From Candidatus Multivoradales bacterium (GTDB lineage Bacteria > Acidobacteriota > Thermoanaerobaculia > Multivoradales > J023): 64,000 bases of DNA. The stretch covers positions 3,104,001-3,168,000 of the forward strand of contig CBDFLE010000006.1 of the NCBI GenBank assembly GCA_965248925.1. Direction: 5' to 3'. The notes under the pieces are model-generated. The model made no database searches. It had not been told where the DNA came from and was given only the letters and a program-made list of their open reading frames with translations. Positions 15,875 through 25,315 of the stretch are shown piece after piece (position 1 is the stretch's first letter; each line of letters starts with the position of its first letter). Position numbers and translations under genes: made by a program.

Positions 15875-18705
15875 GTCGGATCGAAAGTTGGGGGCAGCTG
15901 CGCGAACTTTTCGAAGCCGCCCTGGAGCTGCCAGCGAGCGAGCGCCAGGGCTTTCTCGACGGCTCGGGCTGTGGCCCGCAGTTACGCCACGAGGTGCTCG
16001 AGCTAATCGCTGCCGATAGCGCGCCTGCCGATCGCTTGGATCAGCCGCTGATCGGGCCGCTGGGCCAGCTTGGCCTGCGGCTTGCCAACTCGGCTTCGCC
16101 AGCCGGGGTGGCCGAGACCCTCTTCGCAGGCGGGGTCAGACAACTCGGCGTGGATCTGGGGGTGAAGGGGAATATCGGTCCCTACCGCTTGTTGTGCGAG
16201 CTTGGTAGCGGTGGCATGAGCACGGTCTATCTGGCGCAGCGCAACGACGATCACTATCAGCAGCGGGTGGCCATCAAGGTCATTCGTCAGGGACTCGACA
16301 GTGAGCCGATGCGGCGGCGTTTTCGCCAGGAACGGCAGATTCTGGCGAGCTTGGAACACCCTCACATCGCCCGCCTGCTCGATGGTGGCAGCACCGGCGA
16401 CGGCTGGCCCTACGTCGTTATGGAATATGTCGAGGGCCTGCCCATCGATCAACACTGCCAGCGCCAGGGGCTGGGCTTGCGTCAACGATTGCACCTCTTT
16501 CGGCAGGTGTCGCTGGCGGTGCAAGCGGCCCATCGGAACTTGGTGGTGCATCGCGATATCAAGCCGAGCAACGTTCTGGTGACCCGCGAGGGGGAGCCCA
16601 AGCTACTCGACTTCGGCATCGCCAAGCTGCTCAACCCGGAGCTCAGTGCTGCCGAGCTGGTTTCTACCCGCGCTTCGGCGCCGTTGATGACCGCCGGCTA
16701 TGCCAGTCCGGAGCAAGTACGGGGCGAGCCGACTACCACCGCTAGTGATGTCTATTCGCTTGGCGTGCTGCTTTATGAGTTGCTGACCGGTCGGCGCCCC
16801 TACCAGCTGGACACGCTGTCGGCGCTGGAGATTGAACGGGTTGTTTGCCAGGTTGATCCGTTGCCGCCGAGCCGTCTCGAACCCGCGAAGGAAGGCGAGG
16901 GGGAAGCCTCGACACCGCTACCGGCCACCCGTCTCAGCGGCGATCTCGATGCCATCGTCTTGCAGGCCATGGCCAAAGAGCCGGCCCGGCGCTATGGCTC
17001 GGCCGAGCAGCTGGCTGAGGATCTCGGCCGTTTTCTTGAGCATCGACCCGTCCGTGCCCGGCGACCGACCTCTGCCTATCGTGTGGGCAAGCTGATCCGG
17101 CGCAATCGGCTGGCTAGCGCGCTGGTCCTACTGATGGTGTTGGCGGTAGTTGGTTTGGCGGTACAGAGCGTCTTTCTACGGCGTGCCCTGGCCGAAGTGA
17201 GGGCAGAGCAAGAACGGGCAGAAATCGAGCGCGCTCGTGGCCAAGAAGTCACTCGGTTGATGGTCGACCTATTTGAGGTGGCGGCGCCCGGCGAAGTGGC
17301 CGGCAACACGGTGACTGCTCGCGAGATTCTCGATCGCGGAGCGCAGCGAGTTGAGGTCGAACTGCTGGGGCAGCCGCTGGTCAAGGCCATGTTGCTCGAC
17401 ACCATGGGCCAGGCGTACCGGCAGCTGGGGCTCTTCCAGCAGTCCGAAGGGTTGCTGCGGCGCGCCTTGCAGACTCGCTTGGCGGAACTTGGCGGCGATC
17501 ATCCAGAGGTTGCCGAAAGCCTCGCCCATCTGTCTCTTCTGCGCCATTTGCGAAGCGAGTTCTCAGACGCTGAGCGTCTTGCCAGAAAGGCCATGGCGAT
17601 CCGTCAACGGGTTTTCGGCGACGACCATCCGCAGGTCGCTTCGAGTCTCAACGATCTAGCGGAGATCGTCAGTGTCCGCGGGCCGGCCGAGGAAGCCGAA
17701 GAGCTCTTCAACCAAGGGCTGCGAATTCGCCGCCAGCAACTTGGCCCGGACCATCTCGATGTTGCCGAGAGCGAAGCGGAACTTGGTTTCTTCTTGCTCG
17801 AACGGGGAGCGATCGACGAAGCCGAGCCGCTGCTGCTGGATGCGTTGAGAATCTGGCGGCAGCAACTCGGCCTCGAGCACCCTCTCACCTCACTCGGTCA
17901 GCATCACCTGGCTGACTTGTTAGCCAAGCGAGGTGACTTTGCCGCCGCCATTGAGCTGCAGCAAGAAACCTTGTCATCAGAGCTTCGCGTATTGGGCGAT
18001 TGGCATCCGCAAGTGGCGGCTAGTACTAGAACCCTGGGGCGAATTTACCTCGACGCTGGAGACCTGAGCGCGGCGGAACGGCAATTACGGCGGGCCCAAA
18101 CGATTCTCGAACGGGGTGAGCCACGGAGCGTGACCCTGGCTGGCTTGTTGTCCGAGCTGGCTAAGACTCTGCTGGAACAAGGGAACTTGCAGGCAGCGCG
18201 GGATCTGTATGTGCGCTCTTTCGAGATCCTTCGCGCCGTGCTCGGTGAGGATCACCGGTGGACCCTGGGGAGCCTCTCCAATGTCGCCCGAGTTGAGCGT
18301 AAGTTGGGCAACTTGGTGGCCTCAGAACTCCGTCTGCGCGAGCTTCTGGCGGTGCTCGAGCAAGATCGTCACGAACCGGTAGATTTCGAGTTGGCTCGTT
18401 TCGAACTCGGGCGAGTGCTGCTGGAACGAGGCCATGCGGCAGCGGCTGAGCCCTGGCTGCGCCGCGGCCATGCGGGGCTGTTGGCGGCGGCGGAGGCCGA
18501 TCTGGCGGCGATGGCGGCGGCTGAACTGGGCCTCTGCCTTCTGGCCCTGGAGCGGCGCCCGGAAGCGCTGCCGCTGCTGCTGGATAGTCGACAGTTGCTA
18601 GTGGCGACCGGCAACCAGATTTTTGTCGCTACTCTGGCCAAGCTCGATCGCGGTCTAGAGCAGCTCGGTTGCCGCGGAGCGACACCGGCGCGGGACTGTC
18701 GATAG
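15871..18705 (+). CDS. Membrane Ser/Thr protein kinase with C-terminal TPR repeats
   Basis: GSGGMSTVY, VAIK, HRDIKPSN, DFG, YASPEQ; TM helix; LG.DHP.VA repeats; GTG 15871 overlaps ECF stop. Confidence 0.93.
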   Translation: MSRIESWGQLRELFEAALELPASERQGFLDGSGCGPQLRHEVLELIAADSAPADRLDQPLIGPLGQLGLRLANSASPAGVAETLFAGGVRQLGVDLGVKGNIGPYRLLCELGSGGMSTVYLAQRNDDHYQQRVAIKVIRQGLDSEPMRRRFRQERQILASLEHPHIARLLDGGSTGDGWPYVVMEYVEGLPIDQHCQRQGLGLRQRLHLFRQVSLAVQAAHRNLVVHRDIKPSNVLVTREGEPKLLDFGIAKLLNPELSAAELVSTRASAPLMTAGYASPEQVRGEPTTTASDVYSLGVLLYELLTGRRPYQLDTLSALEIERVVCQVDPLPPSRLEPAKEGEGEASTPLPATRLSGDLDAIVLQAMAKEPARRYGSAEQLAEDLGRFLEHRPVRARRPTSAYRVGKLIRRNRLASALVLLMVLAVVGLAVQSVFLRRALAEVRAEQERAEIERARGQEVTRLMVDLFEVAAPGEVAGNTVTAREILDRGAQRVEVELLGQPLVKAMLLDTMGQAYRQLGLFQQSEGLLRRALQTRLAELGGDHPEVAESLAHLSLLRHLRSEFSDAERLARKAMAIRQRVFGDDHPQVASSLNDLAEIVSVRGPAEEAEELFNQGLRIRRQQLGPDHLDVAESEAELGFFLLERGAIDEAEPLLLDALRIWRQQLGLEHPLTSLGQHHLADLLAKRGDFAAAIELQQETLSSELRVLGDWHPQVAASTRTLGRIYLDAGDLSAAERQLRRAQTILERGEPRSVTLAGLLSELAKTLLEQGNLQAARDLYVRSFEILRAVLGEDHRWTLGSLSNVARVERKLGNLVASELRLRELLAVLEQDRHEPVDFELARFELGRVLLERGHAAAAEPWLRRGHAGLLAAAEADLAAMAAAELGLCLLALERRPEALPLLLDSRQLLVATGNQIFVATLAKLDRGLEQLGCRGATPARDCR

Positions 18706-18777
18706 GTGCGAGGTATCCCCGGCTGGGGGGCGGCGTGGCCACCGCCAAGAAATTCGGCCACGCCGCCAAGCTAGCGA

Positions 18778-19626
18778 TCAGTCGTTGATGCAGACCCCTT
18801 CGACGCGCTCGAAGTCCATCGAATGGCTGACGCTGACATTGGTCAGCAAGAAGCCGCTCGGCTGGGTCGGCACGCCGGGTTGATACTGGTCGACGATCTG
18901 AATGGCGCCCGGAATCGGTCGCAACCCCGGCGGTACGCCACCGTTGGGGCCGAGAAAGGTGCCGGGTTGGGTGGGGGGATTGGGTACCGTGCCGTTGACG
19001 ATCTCGGCCGCGGGACAGCCGAAGATCGACAGGTCGACGGTCTCTTGCTGGCCGGTGAGAGTGCTGTAGGTCAAGCCGCTACTGATGTCGTAGGACAAGG
19101 GCGGCAGGATCGGGTTGCCGTTGTCGAGCTTGGCCAGGCCGGCGCAGACCTGGGTGGTCTTGGTGGTCCACACCACCAGTTCTTGATCGCTGACGAGGCG
19201 CACCATGCCGCTGTAGAAAGGCTTGCCGGCGGGTAGGACACCGTTGATCGCCTGGGCGATGTGGTTGCAGTCGATCACCGTGGCGCTGTTGCTGCCCAGC
19301 ATCAGATTGGCGGGCACCAAAGGGGTTGGCCCGGCAGCGTTGGCCCAGCGGTTGTTGTCGGTGCGCAGCACTTCTGCTTGGATTTGTGCCGGCTGCTGCA
19401 TGCCGTAGTTGGTGAAGTCGACCTTGGTGGCGTAGTTGGCCACCTTGACCAGCGGCTCGTAGCCTCCCGGACCGATGTCCGAGATCTGGAAGCCACACTC
19501 GAAGTTGACGATGTAGACGAAGAACACCGGCATTGGCGGCTGGGTCTGGCCCAGGGTCGGGATGGCCAGACCGAGCAGCAGGATGCAATTGATCAGTAGA
19601 GCGAGGCCTTTGTTGGGCTGGGACAT
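18778..19626 (-). CDS. Secreted hypothetical protein
   Basis: AAGGAGG RBS, signal peptide, YIVNFECG...YATKVDFTN...IDC pattern; no function recognised. Confidence 0.75.
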   Translation of the reverse strand: MSQPNKGLALLINCILLLGLAIPTLGQTQPPMPVFFVYIVNFECGFQISDIGPGGYEPLVKVANYATKVDFTNYGMQQPAQIQAEVLRTDNNRWANAAGPTPLVPANLMLGSNSATVIDCNHIAQAINGVLPAGKPFYSGMVRLVSDQELVVWTTKTTQVCAGLAKLDNGNPILPPLSYDISSGLTYSTLTGQQETVDLSIFGCPAAEIVNGTVPNPPTQPGTFLGPNGGVPPGLRPIPGAIQIVDQYQPGVPTQPSGFLLTNVSVSHSMDFERVEGVCIND

Positions 19627-19788
19627 TGCTTCAATCCTCCTTCTGGAAAACAAGGAACTCGCTGCCTACACGGCAAGGCGAGCCGAGGGCGAGCCACAGC
19701 TCGCCTCGTCTGGTAGCGCACCAAGAGGAGGATGGAGGGATCAGTCGTCGCCGAAAAACTCTGCGATCAAAACTGACGCAGTCTAGAG

Positions 19789-20712
19789 CTAGATATCGAG
19801 ACCCAGGGCAATGGCCAGCTGGCGTAGCTTGGCCTGGACCTGGCGCATATTCTCGGGGCCCATCCGCAGCAGATGCTTCTGCGCTTGGTTGAGCCGCTGG
19901 TAGCGCGCTTCACGGTAGTGGTAGGAGCGAATGCGCTCTTCGAGCAATGGCGCCGCGGTGGGCACTGGCGTGGCCAGCAGTTGCCGGATGGCCGCTGCCA
20001 GGGTTTGGCGCAAATCACCGTCGGGATAGCCGAGATCGCTATAGGCCTCGGCGAGCAAGGGTTCCAGATCTTCGAACGCTCGCAACGTACCGGCGGTGTC
20101 GAGGGAGGCGACGGCGTTGGCCAGCAGGTCGAAGCGACGATAGCTGCGCGGATCGATCGCCGGCCCGGCGCTGGATTCCTCGGCCACGAAACCACGCCCC
20201 GGGTCGAGGAAGCGCAGGTGAGGTTTGGGACTTTCGCCACGGGCGAGATTGTCGACCACCGCCACGAAGCGCCGCGCCAGGCGATCGTTAGCCAGCCATT
20301 CGACCAACTTGGGTTGGGCCGACAGGGTGGCGACTAACTGGCGGATCACTGGATCGCTGGCATCGAGCGGCGGCAGTTTCAAGCGTGGCCGCGGCGGCGG
20401 TTCGCTACTGGGTGGTGGTGTTTCGGTCACCGCCGCCGGCGCTGTTTCAACGGTCGTTACCGGTGTCGCCGTATGGCGCTGGTAAAGCCACACCGCCACC
20501 GCGCCGAGTACCAGCAAGAGCAAGAGGATGAGCCAGGGAGACAAGCCGCCGCGGCGATCTTCGGGCGGCGGTAGGAAGGGCTCGGGCTGGGAGAAGCCGT
20601 CGGCTGCGTCCAGCTCGTCGGCCCGCATCAGGTCGGGACCGTCGTCGAGAGCTGCGCCGATATCGGGTAGGTCGCTGTGGGGCTGCGAGTGCTTGTCCAT
20701 GTCAGACCGCAT
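19789..20712 (-). CDS. DUF3014 domain-containing membrane-anchored protein
   Basis: TM helix, Pro-rich linker, LPPLDASD, RRFVAVVDN, AY.DLGYP, AQKHLLRMGPEN. Confidence 0.88.
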   Translation of the reverse strand: MRSDMDKHSQPHSDLPDIGAALDDGPDLMRADELDAADGFSQPEPFLPPPEDRRGGLSPWLILLLLLVLGAVAVWLYQRHTATPVTTVETAPAAVTETPPPSSEPPPRPRLKLPPLDASDPVIRQLVATLSAQPKLVEWLANDRLARRFVAVVDNLARGESPKPHLRFLDPGRGFVAEESSAGPAIDPRSYRRFDLLANAVASLDTAGTLRAFEDLEPLLAEAYSDLGYPDGDLRQTLAAAIRQLLATPVPTAAPLLEERIRSYHYREARYQRLNQAQKHLLRMGPENMRQVQAKLRQLAIALGLDI

Positions 20713-22648
20713 GGGAGCCTTGCTCGGCGAGCTCGTTGAGCTGCTCTTCGAGGGTCTCCCACTCCTTCATCAGCTCCTCGATGCGGCCGGCGAGATTTTT
20801 CTGCTCGGCCTCGAGGCGGCGGGTTTCTGGGGCGGGCGTCTTGTCAAAGAAGCCCGGATTGCAGAACAGCTCGTTGATTTCGCCGACGCGGCTCTCGGCC
20901 CGCTCGATCTCAGCGGTCGCCTGGTCGCGTTGCCGGGCCAGCTTGCGCTGTTCTTTCTGCAGCTGCTGGTCGTCGACCGGAGTGCGGCCTGCGCGGGCCC
21001 CTGCTTTGGCGCGGCGCTTGTCGCGCTTGGCTTTCAAGACCACTTTTTCGGCATCGAGGTGGTCGTCGCCACAGCGTTCGACGTATTCGTCGTAGGTGCC
21101 GTGGAAGTCTTGCAGGCCGTCGGCCGAAATCTCGATGATGCGTTCGGCGAGTTGGGAGACGAACCAGCGGTCGTGGGAGACCAGCAGCAGAGTGCCTTCG
21201 AACTCGCGCAGCGCCTTGACCAATGCTTCAATGGCTTCGAGATCGAGATGGTTGGTCGGTTCGTCGAGCACCAGCACGTTGGGCTGCTGCACGCCAAGGC
21301 GAGCGAAGATCAACCGCGCCGACTCACCCCCTGAAACACTGCCCACCTTCTTTTCCACTTCGTCGCCCGAGAACAGCACCAAGCCGAGCCGGCCGCGGAC
21401 GAAGCCGATCGGTTGCTCGGCGCAGCATTCCCACAGCCAGCTCTCGACGGTGGCTTTCTGGCCCTCGAAGATCTCCTTGTGGTCTTGGGCGAAGTAGCCG
21501 GGGTGTGCTTCGTAGCCCCATTCCGCGGTGCCGGAGTCGGCCTCGACCTCGCCCACGGCGATCTTTAGCAAGGTCGACTTGCCGATGCCGTTGGGGCCGA
21601 TGATGGCGAGCCGGTCTCCCCGATCGACCCGCAGCGAGACGTTTGTCAGCACCTGATTGTCGCCATAGGACTTGGAGACCCGGTCGATCTCGAGTGCCAC
21701 CTTGCCGCTCGGTCGGCATTGCTGAAAGCGAAAGGTGGGATAGCGGCGCGAACTCTGCGGCAGTACGTCGATTTTGATGCGTTCCATCTGCTTCATCTTG
21801 CTTTGGGCCTGGCGCGCCTTGGTGGCTTTGGCCTTGAAGCGGTCGATGAAGGCTTTGTGCTCGGCGATGCGCCGTTCCCGCTTCTTGATCTCGGCTTCCT
21901 TGCGTTCGCGCTCGGTGCTCTTGGCGCGCAAGAACGCCTGATAGTTGCCGGGATAGAGGTGGATGGTCTGGTAATCGACGTCGAGGATGTGGGTGCAGAC
22001 GTTGTCGAGGAAGCGGTGGTCGTGAGAGATCACCACCGCGGTGCCGGTGTAGTCGACCAAGAACTTCTCCAACCAGCGAATCGACAGAATGTCGAGGTGG
22101 TTGGTGGGTTCGTCGAGCATTAGGCAGTCCGGCACCGCCGCCAGCACCTTGGCCAGCAGCACCCGTAGCTTGAAACCACCGGACAGGGTCGACAGCGGCT
22201 CGCGATGCTGCTCGGAGGGAATCCCCAGACCCTCAAGAATGCCGCCGGCGCGGGCTTCCATGGTGTAGCCGTCGCGCTGCAGGATGAGATCTTCGAGTTC
22301 GGCGTAGCGTTCGCCGTCGAAACTCTCATCGGCGTTGGCCAGCAGCTCTTCTTTTTCCGTCATCGCCGCCCACAACTCGGCGTCGCCCATCATCACCACG
22401 TCGAGAATAGGATGCTCCTCGTAGGCGAAGTGATCCTGCTCCAGCACCCCGAGCCGGAGGCGCTTAGGAATCGATAAGGAGCCATCGCTGGCCCGCTCTT
22501 CGCCGGTGAGAATGCGTAGAAAAGTCGATTTTCCGGAGCCGTTGGCGCCCACCAGACCATAGCGGTTGCCTGGATTGAGCTGGAACGAGACATCCTCGAA
22601 GAGGGTTTGCTGGCCGAATGCTTTGCTGAGGTTTGAAACCGAAATCAT
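20702..22648 (-). CDS. ABC-F family ATP-binding protein (YbiT-like)
   Basis: Two ABC cassettes (GANGSGKST, GPNGIGKST), DEPTNHLD x2, SHD x2, no TM. Confidence 0.95.
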   Translation of the reverse strand: MISVSNLSKAFGQQTLFEDVSFQLNPGNRYGLVGANGSGKSTFLRILTGEERASDGSLSIPKRLRLGVLEQDHFAYEEHPILDVVMMGDAELWAAMTEKEELLANADESFDGERYAELEDLILQRDGYTMEARAGGILEGLGIPSEQHREPLSTLSGGFKLRVLLAKVLAAVPDCLMLDEPTNHLDILSIRWLEKFLVDYTGTAVVISHDHRFLDNVCTHILDVDYQTIHLYPGNYQAFLRAKSTERERKEAEIKKRERRIAEHKAFIDRFKAKATKARQAQSKMKQMERIKIDVLPQSSRRYPTFRFQQCRPSGKVALEIDRVSKSYGDNQVLTNVSLRVDRGDRLAIIGPNGIGKSTLLKIAVGEVEADSGTAEWGYEAHPGYFAQDHKEIFEGQKATVESWLWECCAEQPIGFVRGRLGLVLFSGDEVEKKVGSVSGGESARLIFARLGVQQPNVLVLDEPTNHLDLEAIEALVKALREFEGTLLLVSHDRWFVSQLAERIIEISADGLQDFHGTYDEYVERCGDDHLDAEKVVLKAKRDKRRAKAGARAGRTPVDDQQLQKEQRKLARQRDQATAEIERAESRVGEINELFCNPGFFDKTPAPETRRLEAEQKNLAGRIEELMKEWETLEEQLNELAEQGSHAV

Positions 22649-22833
22649 GACCGCGACAGGATATCAACCATGCTTGCCACGCGCGTAGTCTTGGCACGAT
22701 TTGTCTACAGTCGCTGCTGACCCGGACGCCGGGCTAGAGTAGCCGGCACCGAATATGCACCAGCAACTCTGCTATTGCCCTTCCGTTAGCCACCCGCAGC
22801 AGTCCGTCGAGGCCGACCGCCGACCCATTTGCC

Positions 22834-25251
22834 ATGCCTAGCCCGCGAAAACCAGCCGCCAGACGCTCTCGCAAGTCGCCCCCTCGAATCAAACCGAGGT
22901 CGCGTCGACGCCGTCGTTGGCGGTGGTTGTTGCTGGCCGCTGGCTTGCTGTTGGTTGCCGGTGCCTGGCTGGTGTGGCCGTTTTGGCAGCTGGCCGGCCA
23001 GTTCGGTGCGGTGCCCTCGAAGCAACCTTCGCGGCTCTACGGTCGGCCGTTGGAGTTGGTCAGCGGTGAGATATTGGCCAAAGAGCGACTGATTGAAGCC
23101 TTGGAAGAGCGCCACTATCGCCGCGTCGGCGATTCGGCTCAGCTGGTTCCCGGGGCCTTCTGGGCGACTGGTGTGACGGTGGAGGCTTTTCGTCGCCGCT
23201 TTCCGACCATCGATGGGCAGGCCGGAGGCAACCGCTTGCGAGCGCGCTACGAGGGCTCGCGGATCGCCACCTTGGAGGTTGCTGGACAGCCGGTAGCGCG
23301 GTCCTTGTTGGACCCTCCCTTGGTGGCGTCGTACTACCACTCGGATTTGCGCGAGCGCCGGCCGGTGAATGTCGATGAAGTGCCGGAAGATTTGATCTTG
23401 TCGGTGCTGGCGATCGAAGACGCAACCTTCCTCGAACATTCCGGCGTTTCCTTGACCGGTATCGGCCGCGCCCTGTGGGTCAACCTGCGGGCTCAGGAGG
23501 TGCGCCAAGGCGGCAGCACCTTGACCCAGCAGCTGGTCAAGAACATCTTCCTCACCCACGACCGCAAGTTCATTCGCAAGCTGCAAGAGGCCTTGCTGGC
23601 GGTGCTCTTGGAAGTACGCTTCGAGAAGCGCGACATCTTGCAGGCTTATCTCAACGAGATCTACTGGGGACGTTCCGGGCACGTTAACTTGATGGGCGTT
23701 GGCGCCGCGTCCTGGGCCTATTTCGGCAAACAGCCGGTTGAGCTGAGCCTGGATGAAGCGGCTTTGCTGGCCGGTATGATCCAGGCACCGGCCAAGTACC
23801 ATCCCCTACGCCACCCGCAGGCGGCGCGAGCCCGGCGCGACGAGGTTCTGGGGCGCTTGGCGAAGCTGCGCTGGATCACCCGCGAGCGCCTGGATGCTGC
23901 CGTCGCCCGGCCGATCGCGGTGCTGAAGATCCCCCTTGCAACACGCCGCGCACCCTACTTTGCCGATGCCATGATCGCCGAGGCCAAGCGTCGTTTCGGG
24001 GTGACCGAACTCCGCGACGGCGGCTATGTGCTGCTCTCGACCCTCGATCTCGGCGATCAGCGTCGGGCCGAGGAGGCGGTGGGTTGGGGAGTGGCGGCGC
24101 TCGAAGAGGGTTGGGAAAAAGGTGCCCAGCGGGATGGGCCGCTGCAAGCAGCCCTGGTGTCGATCGATCCGGACAGCGGTGCGATCCGCGCCTATGTCGG
24201 TGGCCGCGACTATGCCGGCAGTCAGTTCGATCGGGTGTCGCAGGCCCGCCGCCAAGCGGGCAGCGCCTTCAAACCAATTGTCTATGCCGCCGCCTACGAA
24301 GCGCGAGTGGCCAGTCCAGCGAGCTATCTGCACGATTCGCCGCTGACCGTCGAGTTCGATGGCCGCAGTTGGAGCCCAAGAAACTCCAACAACAAGTACA
24401 ACGGCTGGATTTCAACCCGCACCGCGCTGGAACGCAGCCTCAACGTGCCCACCGCTCGCCTGGCTCTCGACCTTGGCCTGGAGCCGATCATCGACCTCGC
24501 CCATGGCCTGGGGATTAGTGCTCATCTCGATCCCTACCCGGCCTTGGCCTTGGGGGCGATGGAGGTCACTCCGCTGGAGATGGCTCAGGTCTATGCCACG
24601 CTGGCGGCGGGTGGCCTGCGGCCGCCAGTGCACGGTTTGCAAGCGATCCATGATCGCGATGGCCGCACCCTGGCCGGGGTCGAGCTGCCGCCGCCGCAGC
24701 GGGTGCTGAGCGCGGAAGTGACCTTCATCCTCACCCAGGTGCTGGCCGGAGTATTCGAGCGCGGCACCGCCATCAGTGCCCGGCGCCAGGGTCTCGAAGG
24801 GCCGCTGGCCGGCAAGACGGGAACCACCAACGACCGCCGCGACAGCTGGTTCGGCGGTTACTCACCGCGCCGCGCCACCCTGGTGTGGGTGGGCTATGAC
24901 GACAATTCCAAGACTCACCTTTCGGGGGCGCGGGCGGCGTTGCCGATCTGGGCGCGCTTCACCCAGGCAGTGCGACCCGCTGGTGGTTACCCTGCCTTCC
25001 AACAGCCGCCGGGGGTGGTGCGCGCCTGGATCGATTCCTCGACCGGCGGCCTGGCGACCGAACTCTGCACCCAGGTCGAACAGGAGTATTTTCTCGCCGA
25101 CTTTGCTCCCTCCGCCCTCTGCCCGCTACACAGCCGTTTTCGCCAACGCGGATTGGAGCAGCCGCCGGGGGTGCGAGTCGAGCGCCAGCATCCGTTCAAA
25201 CGTTGGCTGCGGATCGTGCGCAAGAAGGACCGAGGACGCGGTTCTCGCTAG
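22834..25251 (+). CDS. mrcB: Class A penicillin-binding protein (PBP1B-like)
   Basis: ED..F..H.G, GGSTLTQQLVKN, SAFK, SLN, KTG motifs; UB2H-like segment after TM. Confidence 0.9.
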   Translation: MPSPRKPAARRSRKSPPRIKPRSRRRRRWRWLLLAAGLLLVAGAWLVWPFWQLAGQFGAVPSKQPSRLYGRPLELVSGEILAKERLIEALEERHYRRVGDSAQLVPGAFWATGVTVEAFRRRFPTIDGQAGGNRLRARYEGSRIATLEVAGQPVARSLLDPPLVASYYHSDLRERRPVNVDEVPEDLILSVLAIEDATFLEHSGVSLTGIGRALWVNLRAQEVRQGGSTLTQQLVKNIFLTHDRKFIRKLQEALLAVLLEVRFEKRDILQAYLNEIYWGRSGHVNLMGVGAASWAYFGKQPVELSLDEAALLAGMIQAPAKYHPLRHPQAARARRDEVLGRLAKLRWITRERLDAAVARPIAVLKIPLATRRAPYFADAMIAEAKRRFGVTELRDGGYVLLSTLDLGDQRRAEEAVGWGVAALEEGWEKGAQRDGPLQAALVSIDPDSGAIRAYVGGRDYAGSQFDRVSQARRQAGSAFKPIVYAAAYEARVASPASYLHDSPLTVEFDGRSWSPRNSNNKYNGWISTRTALERSLNVPTARLALDLGLEPIIDLAHGLGISAHLDPYPALALGAMEVTPLEMAQVYATLAAGGLRPPVHGLQAIHDRDGRTLAGVELPPPQRVLSAEVTFILTQVLAGVFERGTAISARRQGLEGPLAGKTGTTNDRRDSWFGGYSPRRATLVWVGYDDNSKTHLSGARAALPIWARFTQAVRPAGGYPAFQQPPGVVRAWIDSSTGGLATELCTQVEQEYFLADFAPSALCPLHSRFRQRGLEQPPGVRVERQHPFKRWLRIVRKKDRGRGSR

Positions 25252-25315
25252 CCCCTGTCGTGGTACGGTGAAAGTACCCAGGTGGCTATTTCGGTCACTG
25301 CCAGGGAGCCCGCAG

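Noticed and set aside
22786-23802. Long antisense ORFs (e.g. 22786..23802, 27318..28412, 45629..46741)
   Set aside because: Shadow ORFs opposite well-supported genes, as expected in high-GC DNA
24776-25315. N-terminal extensions of ORF-track calls (24776, 10928, 15802, 30753, 8046)
   Set aside because: They overlap upstream genes or intergenic DNA; better starts with RBS or stop-start coupling lie downstream
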